Shown: positions 55,375 through 64,000 of the stretch, piece after piece
How positions within the stretch are numbered: the first letter of the stretch is position 1
Layout of the letters: every line of letters starts with the position of its first letter
NCBI GenBank assembly: GCA_045159875.1
Contig: CP067995.1
Location: forward strand, 1,920,001-1,984,000
Source of the DNA: a cyanobacterium endosymbiont of Rhopalodia gibba
GTDB lineage: Bacteria; Cyanobacteriota; Cyanobacteriia; Cyanobacteriales; Microcystaceae
Reading direction: 5' to 3'
DNA length: 64,000 nt
The notes under the pieces: model-generated
What the model was told of the DNA's origin: nothing
The model's database searches: none
What the model saw: only the letters and a program-made list of their open reading frames with translations
Made by a program: the position numbers and the translations under genes

Positions 55375-55551
55375 ATAGTAATAGATAAAATACTAATATC
55401 TATATAGTTTAGTTATTTAGTTAAATTTTAAACCGGTTAATTTATTTGTAATTTACACATTAAGCAGTTTTGATAGATTGACATAGACTTTTTATAGTAT
55501 GATATCAACATTTATATTTGTGTTAATAAAAAAATAATTATTTAACGCTAT

Positions 55552-55586
55552 TGTTATTAAGTTTTTATAATAAAAACTTAATAACA
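55552..55586. repeat. Perfect 17-bp inverted repeat with 1-nt centre
   Basis: TGTTATTAAGTTTTTAT-a-ATAAAAACTTAATAACA. Confidence 0.92.
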
Positions 55587-56895
55587 GCTAACATATTATT
55601 TAAGGGTTTTGACCCCGAGAGCAAAATTAAACTAATTCACCAAGAAATGTGTAATCTATTAAAATAGAGAGTAAAGGGCTGAAAATAAAAAATAGATTAG
55701 TAGATACTGTTTGTAAAAATGCAAGTACAATACGAAAAGTAATTCTATTTTTTTTTGTGTATGTTTATTTGCAAATCTTAATCTTAGGAGATGGAATTAT
55801 CTTAATTATTGTATAATCTGCTTATTTTAGTTTTTTACTAGTTAATTGCTACCTTATCTTACTCTACTAAAAGCCATTGTAAGTTAGATTAAAACGATGA
55901 TTTTTATCACAAGTAAATTACTTGGTTTTTTTGCCGCCATATAAATTCTATAAATATGTGCTTTTACAACTTAATTATACCAGATTAATTATTTAATACT
56001 AATTAAGTTTGTTTATACTTATCTCCGATAAAAATCATGAAGTATACGTATAATCCAAGCCATAGATAGTAATTTTTTGATTATTTTCTGTGCGGTTTAA
56101 ATGAATAAATTTTGTACATTAATTTATGGTTAATAATGTTAATATGTCTCAATTTTATTAATTAATAAAGTTAAATTTTCTAATATTTTTTTCCTAGACT
56201 ATCCATACTATTTATGTAAACCAGGATCTCTTAAGTCTTTACTTTTATTAAAATTATTTTTTAGTATTTAAATCAATTTTATATAATATCTAAATCTTTT
56301 TTACTTATGTAAGTTGAATTTATTGATATGTCCAAATACGTTATTCTCTTAACATCTAATGATTTTAAACTAAAATTTTTAGCCTAAAAAATGTAGTAAA
56401 CGATGAGTATGCTTTTTAAAAAATTTCAATATTTTATCTTTATTATTATCATAACTGCTCTATTATAGATGGTTAATTAGTTGATAACTATATTGAATTT
56501 CTTATTTTTTACTTTTATCTCTCAAATTTAAAAACTAATTTTAATATAATGTAATATTACTACCATTTTTTATATCCCACATTTCAGCCTAAAAAATATT
56601 TAATAATTATTGTTTAATAGCTGCTTGGTGAGCGTATCTAGAATTTTATATTCTGAATCAATATTCACGACAACTATTAAAAATATTAATTAAATTATAT
56701 TTTTTGTAATTAATTTTATCTTTATAATTTATATATTTAAATATATCTACTAACCAATAAATTTAATTTGAAAAAATTATCTTATTAACTATTGCTGTTA
56801 CTAACAATAAATTAAAACTAACTTATATAAAATTGTAGGGATAAAAACTATCAATAACCTTGTGCTATTTTATTTTCTTTGCATTATTATTCTTA

Positions 56896-56924
56896 ATAAG
56901 GTGGGCAATAGTTGCCCACCTTAT
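56896..56924 (-). terminator. 13-bp hairpin immediately after the leuS stop
   Basis: ATAAGGTGGGCAA-tag-TTGCCCACCTTAT; the core resembles the cyanobacterial GGTGGGCA..TGCCCACC repeat. Confidence 0.7.
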
Positions 56925-56928
56925 AATA

Positions 56929-59493
56929 TTATTTAACTACCACAAAATTAACCAATCTTCCGGGTACAACAATAATTTTTTCTACTTCTTTTCCGTCTAA
57001 ATAGTGTTGTGCAATTTCTGACTTATAAGCCAGTTTTTTTAAATCATCTTTGGTTGCAGTTGCTGATACTTGAATAGTTCCCCTTGTTTTACCCATAACT
57101 TGAATAACGAGGGTAATTTCATCCATAGTTAAAGCATCAGAATCAAGTTTTGGCCAACTTGCTAAATGAATAGAGTTTTCATAACCTAAATTGTGCCATA
57201 ATTCTTCAGCAATATGGGGAGCAAACGGCGCAAGTAAAAGTAATAAGGTTTCTATTCCTTCTTGATATACTTCAGAATCTAAACATTTTCCTTCATTGAG
57301 TATATTACTTAACTTCATTAGTTCTGAAACAGCAGTATTAAATTGATAGTTTTCTTTTAAATCTTCGGAGATCTCTTTAATCGCCGTATGGATTGCTCGT
57401 CGTAAGTCTTTTTCAACTTTAGTTAGTTTATTAGTTTTTTTCACTGTTTTAGATTCATTGTTGACATAGTTAGCAACTAGCCGCCAAACTCGATTTAAAA
57501 ACCGAAATTGTCCTTCAACATCTGCATCATTCCATTCTAAATCTTTTTCTGGTGGCGCTTTAAACAGCATAAACATTCGTGCTGTATCTATTCCATATTT
57601 TTCAATTACTTTTTCTGGATTCACTCCATTATATTTAGACTTTGACATCTTTTCATAAAAAACTTCTAATTTATCTCCTGTGCTAGGGTCTTTAGGATAT
57701 TCAGAGTTTACTTGATCTGAGGGAATATACTTACCTGTTTTAGGATTTTTATAAGTTATTGCTTGTACCATTCCTTGAGTTAAAAGACAGTTAAAAGGTT
57801 CATCTACATTAATTAACCCTCTATCTCGCAAAACTTTAGTAAAGAAACGAGAATATAAGAGATGTAAAATGGCATGTTCAATGCCTCCTACATATTGATC
57901 AATGGCCATCCAATTATTAGCTTTTTCTAGGTTAAAAACTTCCTCGTTATTGTTTGCATCGGTGTAGCGTAAATAGTACCAAGAAGAGTCAATAAAAGTG
58001 TCCATTGTATCGGTTTCCCGTTTTGCCGGTTCTCCACAACTGGGACAAGCAACATTGACCCAACTTTCCAATTTTGCCAGAGGAGATGTACCTCGTCCCG
58101 TAAATTTGACATTTTCTGGCAATTTTACAGGTAGATCTTCCTCAGGAACTGCAACTGCACCGCAACTGGGACAATGAATAACAGGAATAGGACACCCCCA
58201 ATAACGCTGACGAGAAATCAACCAATCCCGCAAACGATACTGTATCTTGGCTTTCCCATAGCCTTCTTCTTCTGCATATTTAACAATTGCTGTTTTAGCT
58301 TCTATAGACTGCATTTTATCGAACTTACCCGAATTAACCATAATTCCAGGTTCTGTATATGCTTCTGTTAAGGTGAGGTTAGTATCTTTCGAGTTTTCGG
58401 GAATGATAACAACTTTAATAGGTAACTTCTTCTGGGTTGCAAACTTAAAGTCACGGATGTCATGTGCAGGAACTCCCATCACCGCACCTGTACCATATCC
58501 ATAGAGGACATAATCTGCAATTAAAATGGGTATTTCCTGACCATTAAAAGGGTTTATGGCAATTCCTCCCGTTAAAACCCCACGTTTTGGTTTATCTTCC
58601 GTAGTTCGTTCTATTTCACTTTCGCTAGCAACTGTCTTCGTGAATAAGTCTACTGCTATTTTCTGTTCTTCTGTGGTAACTTTAGGAGTTAAGGGATGTT
58701 CTGGTGCTAAAACCAAGTAGGTTGCACCATACACAGTATCGGGACGAGACGTAAAAATAGCTATCTTCTCTTGACTTCTTTTGACAGGAAATTCTAAATA
58801 TGCCCCCACAGACTTGCCGATCCAGTTTTCTTGCATCAATTTAACGCGCTCAGGCCATCCAGGGAGTTTTTCGAGATCGTTTAATAATTGTTCCGCATAG
58901 TTAGTAATTTTAAAGAACCACTGACGCAATTGTCTTCGTTCCACTTTAGCGCCTGACCGCCAGGAATAACCTTCACTATCCACCTGTTCATTCGCTAATA
59001 CGGTTTGGTCGATGGGGTCCCAATTAACCGCCGCTTCCTTCTGATAAGCTAACCCTGCTTGATAAAATTGTAAAAACAGCCATTGTGTCCATTTATAATA
59101 GTCAGGAGAACAAGTTACTAGCTCTAAATCCCAGTCTATAGACAGTCCCAAAGTTTGCAATTGTTGCTTCATTTGGGCGATGTTTTTGTATGTCCACTCT
59201 GCAGGGTGAATACCGCGCTCAATGGCTGCATTTTCAGCCGGAAGTCCAAACGCATCCCACCCCATCGGGTGTAAGACACGATATCCTTGCAATCGCTTGA
59301 GACGGGCAATAACATCAGTTATAACATAGTTGCGAACATGACCCATGTGTAGGTTTCCCGAAGGGTAGGGAAACATAGATAAGGCATAAAATTTTGGTTT
59401 ATCGCTGTTCTCTAGGGTTTTATTTAACCCCCGTTCAAGCCAGTCCTGTTGCCATTTTTGTTCGATTGCTACTGCCTTATATTGAGACTCCAC
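56929..59493 (-). CDS. leuS: Leucine--tRNA ligase
   Basis: [13 protein letters not shown] (HIGH-like) and KMSKS motifs; GTG start. Confidence 0.98.
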   Translation of the reverse strand: MESQYKAVAIEQKWQQDWLERGLNKTLENSDKPKFYALSMFPYPSGNLHMGHVRNYVITDVIARLKRLQGYRVLHPMGWDAFGLPAENAAIERGIHPAEWTYKNIAQMKQQLQTLGLSIDWDLELVTCSPDYYKWTQWLFLQFYQAGLAYQKEAAVNWDPIDQTVLANEQVDSEGYSWRSGAKVERRQLRQWFFKITNYAEQLLNDLEKLPGWPERVKLMQENWIGKSVGAYLEFPVKRSQEKIAIFTSRPDTVYGATYLVLAPEHPLTPKVTTEEQKIAVDLFTKTVASESEIERTTEDKPKRGVLTGGIAINPFNGQEIPILIADYVLYGYGTGAVMGVPAHDIRDFKFATQKKLPIKVVIIPENSKDTNLTLTEAYTEPGIMVNSGKFDKMQSIEAKTAIVKYAEEEGYGKAKIQYRLRDWLISRQRYWGCPIPVIHCPSCGAVAVPEEDLPVKLPENVKFTGRGTSPLAKLESWVNVACPSCGEPAKRETDTMDTFIDSSWYYLRYTDANNNEEVFNLEKANNWMAIDQYVGGIEHAILHLLYSRFFTKVLRDRGLINVDEPFNCLLTQGMVQAITYKNPKTGKYIPSDQVNSEYPKDPSTGDKLEVFYEKMSKSKYNGVNPEKVIEKYGIDTARMFMLFKAPPEKDLEWNDADVEGQFRFLNRVWRLVANYVNNESKTVKKTNKLTKVEKDLRRAIHTAIKEISEDLKENYQFNTAVSELMKLSNILNEGKCLDSEVYQEGIETLLLLLAPFAPHIAEELWHNLGYENSIHLASWPKLDSDALTMDEITLVIQVMGKTRGTIQVSATATKDDLKKLAYKSEIAQHYLDGKEVEKIIVVPGRLVNFVVVK

Positions 59494-59589
59494 GAATGTT
59501 CCTCCACCGTTAACATTTTTCCATAATCAATTATCCATGATTGTCGAAGGAAGTTCAGAAGTTTGAAGTTTTCAAGTCAGAAGTTTTTA

Positions 59590-59868
59590 TCAGTTGTTGT
59601 CGGGATGAGATAAGCAAGCAAGAATTTCTGTCATTCCAGATGATTGTTTATCTATCTGCTCGGAGTGTCGATAAAAACCTAATTGTATTTTTTAATAGTT
59701 AAGGCATTGAACAGGTTAATCATCCTAATAGTTTACAAAATATTCTGTCTGCTTGCCATTCGTTCCCATCTTCGCACTATTTTTTAAAAAATTAAACAAA
59801 ATCATTTGTTAATGATTTAATGGCGCGAACGCTATGCTCAACTATTTTTTGAAATCATTATCAGACAT
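59590..59868 (-). pseudogene. Remnant of a small coiled-coil hypothetical gene
   Basis: MSDNDFKK/IVEHSVRAIKSLTND..EWQADR..FYRHSEQIDKQSSGMTEILACL, with one frameshift and several stops. Confidence 0.45.
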
Positions 59869-60611
59869 AGGTTAATTTTTAATGTAATACATTTTCATTT
59901 TATTTGGAGAAATTTATAATAGTAAAAGTGATACCGTAATTATCTGTCATTGTGTCGCTCTAAAATTTAGAAGTTAAAATTGGATAATTGAATTACTCAA
60001 ATTTTAAAGATAAAGAACAGTTATTTTTGGCTTGTTTCAGTATTTATTTTTAAAATAAATATTGCTTCTCTAATGTATTTTTAAAAATTTTTATTTTTTT
60101 AGTCACGGAAATATAACATTCTTGTCACAATTAAAAATTAAAACAAAAATAAGTTTACAGTATGCTCAATAGATGAATGAAATTCAAAAACTAAGAACAG
60201 ACCAAAACTATAACTATATAATTGGTTAAAACTAAACAGATATTGGAATAAATAATTAAACAATTATCACAGCCCAAGTCATCTATTATTTGTAGACTAA
60301 AAGGTGCTAGTAAGAAACGAGAATATTGTAGTTATCTATCCCAATCTAAAATTACTTAGATTTAACTTGTACTTGTCCTGATTTATAATTGGCTGCCAAC
60401 AATTAGGCAAATGCTATTAATAAATAGATAGAGCGTAACATATCTACTTGTAACTTGACTTCTGTAACTATCAATAATTGTTAATTTATGACTCTGCTTG
60501 TTATCCTGAGTCAGGATCTCATACTTCCTCATTATTTTCAAGTTAATCTTAATTCTATGAATTTATATAACATTATAACTAAACTCATCCTTGTATAATC
60601 ATATAATACTG

Positions 60612-60620
60612 TGGTATAGT
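60612..60620 (+). promoter_or_regulatory. Putative extended -10 box (TGgTATAGT) of rpmI-rplT
   Basis: TGn-TATAGT about 30 nt upstream of the rpmI ATG; motif match only. Confidence 0.4.
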
Positions 60621-60650
60621 GAGGAGTTGTTCCAAATTTGTCCTGAGTTC

Positions 60651-60854
60651 ATGCCTAAACTAAAAACCCGCAAAGCTGCCGCTAAGCGTTTTCGTCCAAC
60701 TGGAAGTGGTAAAAAGATTTTTCGTCGAAAAGCTTTTAAAAACCACTTACTACAACATAAAAGTTCAGAGTGCAAGTATCGTCGCCTATCCCAACTGTCT
60801 TTGGTCAGCGAACAAGATGAACCAAATGTACGTCTAATGCTCCCTTATATTTAA
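60651..60854 (+). CDS. rpmI: 50S ribosomal protein L35
   Basis: [14 protein letters not shown]...HLLQHKS; ATG at 60651. Confidence 0.96.
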   Translation: MPKLKTRKAAAKRFRPTGSGKKIFRRKAFKNHLLQHKSSECKYRRLSQLSLVSEQDEPNVRLMLPYI

Positions 60855-60931
60855 GGGAAAGGTGTAAGAATATAATCACTGAAACCTAACTCACACGACA
60901 ACTGTTTAGAAAATTAAGTAGAGAGTTATTT

Positions 60932-61285
60932 ATGACAAGGGTAAAACGGGGCAATGTTGCTCGCAAGCGCCGTAAGAAAATTCTCAAATTAGCCAAAGGG
61001 TTTAGAGGATCTCACTCTAAACTATTCCGTATTGCGAATCAACAGGTAATGAAGGCTTTGCGGAATGCTTACCGCGATCGCCGGAAACGGAAACGGGACT
61101 TTCGCCGTCTGTGGATTACTCGGATTAATGCTGCGGCACGGATGTACGGGGTGAGTTATAGTCAACTTACTGGACAACTAAAAAAAGCCAATATTGAACT
61201 TAACCGTAAGGTGTTAGCGCAATTAGCCATTACAGATCCCCAAGCGTTTGAAAAAGTAGTCGAAATGGCCAAAACAGCTAAATGA
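60932..61285 (+). CDS. rplT: 50S ribosomal protein L20
   Basis: [32 protein letters not shown]. Confidence 0.98.
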   Translation: MTRVKRGNVARKRRKKILKLAKGFRGSHSKLFRIANQQVMKALRNAYRDRRKRKRDFRRLWITRINAAARMYGVSYSQLTGQLKKANIELNRKVLAQLAITDPQAFEKVVEMAKTAK

Positions 61286-61419
61286 TTAAAATGGAGTCAA
61301 AAGCTGAAAATTCGGTTAATTGAGTAAGATTCGCTGTAATTCATCAGTCAACGAATGAGGTCAGACATTAGAAGTAAAACTTTTATGGGACAATAACAAA
61401 GGCGGTATGTAGAATAACT

Positions 61420-62733
61420 ATGAGTGAACCCCCCAAAATTATTGTCCTTGATGATGACCCCACAGGTTCTCAAACAGTACATAGTTGTTTGCTGCTGATG
61501 CATTGGGATATCGACACTCTGCGGTTGGGTTTAACAGATAAAGTTCCCATTTTCTTTGTTCTCACCAATACGAGAGCATTAACTCCAGAAGATGCTGCTA
61601 CTCTTACGAAAGAAGTTTGTCACAATCTAAAATTAGCTGTTAAAGCAGAGGGAGTTGAAGATTTCCTAGTAGTTAGTAGGTCTGATTCTACACTACGGGG
61701 ACATTATCCCATCGAAATCGATGTTATTACCCAGGAATTAGGTGGATTTGATGCTCATTTTCTTATCCCTGCTTTTTTTGAAGGGGGAAGAGTAACCTGT
61801 GATAGCATTCATTATCTACACACGAATGGCGTCCCTATCCCTGTTCATGAGACAGAATTCGCAAAAGATTCTGTTTTTGGCTATCACCACAGTTATCTTC
61901 CTGACTATGTGGAAGAAAAAACTAATGGACGTATTAAAGCAGTAGAAGTAAAACGATTTTTACTCCGGGATATTCGTCAAGGAAGCGTAGAAAGATTAAT
62001 GGAATTAAAGAGAAATCAATGTGTGGTTGTTGATGGAGAAAACCAACAAGATTTAGATCAATTTGCACAAGATTTACTGACTGCAGCAGCATCGGGTAAA
62101 CGATTTTTACTTCGTAGTGCAGCTAGCATTCTAACGTCTTTGGCACAATTGGGATTTCAACCGATCGCCCCCGAAGAAATGAATAAGTATAAACCTACCA
62201 TCAACCCGGGGGTTGTTTTAGTGGGATCTCATGTCGAAAAAACTACTCAGCAGCTCAAACAATTACTAAAAGAAGAAGATGTAGTAGGAATTGAAATAGA
62301 TGTTAAACAGTTGCGAGATAATCCTAATCGACGAGAAAGTCTCCTAGCAAAAACTTTAGATAAGGTCAAGGTAGTCTACCAAGAAAATAAAACCCCGGTG
62401 ATATATACCAGTCGAGAAGAATTAACCTTTAAAAATGCACAAAACCGCTTGGATTTTGGGGTTGAGGTGTCTGGTTTATTGACGGATGTGGTGCAAGGGT
62501 TGCCCCATAATATCGGGTTTTTAATTAGTAAAGGAGGTATTACATCTAATGATATCCTCAGTAACGGACTAAACTTACGATCAGTCCGCTTGTTGGGTCA
62601 GGTTTTAGCAGGATGTTCGATGGTAAGAACATCAATAGATCACCCAATCTTTCCTAATTTACCGGTAGTTTTATTTCCTGGTAATGTGGGAGATGATCAA
62701 GGGTTAGTTAAAGTATATCGCCGCTTAAGTTAG
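61420..62733 (+). CDS. Four-carbon acid sugar kinase family protein (DUF1537/YgbK-like)
   Basis: VLDDDPTGSQTVH, RSDSTLRGH, SKGGITS and FPGNVG motifs. Confidence 0.9.
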   Translation: MSEPPKIIVLDDDPTGSQTVHSCLLLMHWDIDTLRLGLTDKVPIFFVLTNTRALTPEDAATLTKEVCHNLKLAVKAEGVEDFLVVSRSDSTLRGHYPIEIDVITQELGGFDAHFLIPAFFEGGRVTCDSIHYLHTNGVPIPVHETEFAKDSVFGYHHSYLPDYVEEKTNGRIKAVEVKRFLLRDIRQGSVERLMELKRNQCVVVDGENQQDLDQFAQDLLTAAASGKRFLLRSAASILTSLAQLGFQPIAPEEMNKYKPTINPGVVLVGSHVEKTTQQLKQLLKEEDVVGIEIDVKQLRDNPNRRESLLAKTLDKVKVVYQENKTPVIYTSREELTFKNAQNRLDFGVEVSGLLTDVVQGLPHNIGFLISKGGITSNDILSNGLNLRSVRLLGQVLAGCSMVRTSIDHPIFPNLPVVLFPGNVGDDQGLVKVYRRLS

Positions 62734-62872
62734 AATTTGAGGTTAGCTGAATAGATACTTCATCAAAAAGCCAAATTTAAAGGACTAAACTTGAAGTTTT
62801 AGTTTTCCAAAAAATATCTCAAAAATTAAAATTTTTTTAGGATTAACTTTGTTACGTAGATCTGAATCAAAA

Positions 62873-62917
62873 GGTGAGGGTGAACTACTAAGAGGCAATC
62901 AGTAATTCACCCTCACC
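62873..62917. terminator. GC-rich hairpin between convergent genes
   Basis: GGTGAGGGTGAAcTACT ... AGTAaTTCACCCTCACC. Confidence 0.6.
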
Positions 62918-63024
62918 AAGCTTGTCGATGTTTATAATAACAATAATAAAATTCTTGCCATTGCCCACGGCAACTTTCTCCCATCACAGGAAAAAGTCGG
63001 TTGATTTACACTTGCCTCACTCTA

Positions 63025-63528
63025 TTAGCAACACCACGACAGTAAAGACAACACAGTGCCATCCAGTGAACGCCGTTTAAGTCCAAGTGATCGTAATTCC
63101 TGTTTAGAAATCTGCTCTAACATATAAATCACTTGTTTAGGTTTTAATGCTGTCCCATCATTGCGACAACTCCCTAAATATCTCAACATAACAGAATTAT
63201 CGGCATTCTGAGATTCTAGGGACAAACTAAATAAGCGCTCTCTCAAATTCACTATAATTTTCTGACCAGATTTTGTAGTCTTTTACCAACTAATTTCCGT
63301 ACAATTATTTACCTGCTCAATCCAATGTTGCCATTGTCCTAATGAGAATAACTCATGGGTTTTTACAGTAATTAAATAAGCGGCTTTGTCTAATAACTGA
63401 GTAGTTGCTAAGAATTTAACTAAAATTTCTTAAACTTGATAAATTGGAATATCTGACGGAAGTTGTCTCGATAAAACTTGAAGAAATTATCCAAGTTTTA
63501 TTCTTTAAGTCAATTCAAAAGCAACAAT
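63025..63528 (-). pseudogene. Decayed C-terminal (DUF2344 / radical SAM-linked) part of a TIGR03960 gene
   Basis: The same frame continues IVAFELT*..LPSDIPIYQV*EI..QWQHWIEQV..W*KTTKSGQKIIVNLRERL..YLGSCRNDGTALKP with in-frame TAAs. Confidence 0.8.
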
Positions 63529-64000
63529 TTATACAATACTTGTAATTCTTAAACTTAAAGCATTTGCAATCGAAACTCTAGGTACAGGGTGATATCCCCC
63601 TGTACAAGAAATTGGTAATGCCCCACGACGGATTCCCCGCTTCAATAATCTGACTAAATCTAAATGACTGACTAAGGCCATTTCCCCGACTTTGCCAAAC
63701 CAAACTCGTATGCGTTGTGCCCTATTTTGATTGGGTTGGAACTTTCCCTGAAACTCAGGAATTGGCGGAGGTTCTATTGCTATATTATGACCAAAATTTG
63801 GTCCACACACTCCACAATTAGAGCAACTATTAAAGGCACAATCAGGTACAGTTGCTGCTTCTAAAGTCTGTTTTAAGTCTTCTTTTAGCCAGGCTTTGTT
63901 AATTCCCATATCAAGATGCTCCCAAGGTAAGGCTACGTCATAATGATCTACCGCTTCAAAAACATTCCATTCTCCATTCTTAACTTGACGGTATTTCCAG
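63529..64000 (-). CDS. TIGR03960-family B12-binding radical SAM protein, 3' part, prematurely terminated; gene continues beyond the window
   Basis: Frame open to the window edge: WKYRQVKNGEWNVF..LPWEHLDMGINKAWLKEDL..PDCAFNSCSNCGVCG..VSHLDL..GGYHPVPRVSIANAL. Confidence 0.8.
   Translation of the reverse strand, partial: WKYRQVKNGEWNVFEAVDHYDVALPWEHLDMGINKAWLKEDLKQTLEAATVPDCAFNSCSNCGVCGPNFGHNIAIEPPPIPEFQGKFQPNQNRAQRIRVWFGKVGEMALVSHLDLVRLLKRGIRRGALPISCTGGYHPVPRVSIANALSLRITSIV

Noticed and set aside
3403..58371. Short ORFs antisense or out of frame within real genes (e.g. 3403-3663, 4111-4368, 7362-7562, 9321-9725, 9780-10232, 12078-12266, 14161-14988, 16276-16458, 16782-17000, 17896-19007, 22884-23120, 32426-32665, 33418-33621, 35103-35367, 39186-39437, 45965-46189, 49464-49652, 57927-58371)
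   Set aside because: Shadow ORFs overlapping well-supported genes, with no recognisable motifs.
60591..60650. 20-aa N-terminal extension of L35 in the ORF track
   Set aside because: The canonical MPKLKT start is at 60651, and the extension overlaps the likely promoter.
63283..63531. TAA reassigned to Glu/Gln (alternative genetic code)
   Set aside because: TAA terminates many intact genes here (leuS, ald, ilvE, rsmH, rpmI), and no conserved gene needs TAA read-through.
1..64000. CRISPR array, rRNA, intact transposase or integrase, prophage
   Set aside because: No regularly spaced direct repeats with unique spacers. The palindromes are mutually unrelated and all IS sequence is decayed.

Overview
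AT-rich cyanobacterial chromosome segment of the Crocosphaera/Cyanothece type. Only about 55% is intact coding sequence (my rough sum of CDS lengths). The rest is AT-rich spacer holding decayed genes and IS630 relics, the pattern expected of a genome-reducing endosymbiont such as a rhopalodiacean diatom spheroid body (inference). Intact genes include ftsY, a TIGR03943 permease cluster, cbiET, cobH, natF/natG-like amino-acid ABC components, rsmH, kaiC, kaiA, a hybrid histidine kinase, plsC, ecfT, murE, desA, a Crp/Fnr regulator, an M61 peptidase, ilvE, hik2, a ferritin-like protein, a PmbA-family protein, ald, an AI-2E transporter, tRNA-Ala(CGC), leuS, rpmI, rplT and a DUF1537 kinase. By manual translation I recovered these pseudogenes: kaiB (stop at codon 5), a ParA plus coiled-coil pair resembling the McdAB carboxysome-positioning system, a ManS-like kinase, a TRAP DctP, and the C-terminal domain of a TIGR03960 radical SAM protein. 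Two non-coding signals stand out. (1) About ten perfect palindromes or inverted repeats of 20-56 bp, unrelated to each other in sequence, lie in decayed DNA; two of them overwrite fossil reading frames. (2) Two near-identical 644-bp inverted IS630 fossils flank ecfT. No CRISPR array, rRNA or intact transposase was seen.
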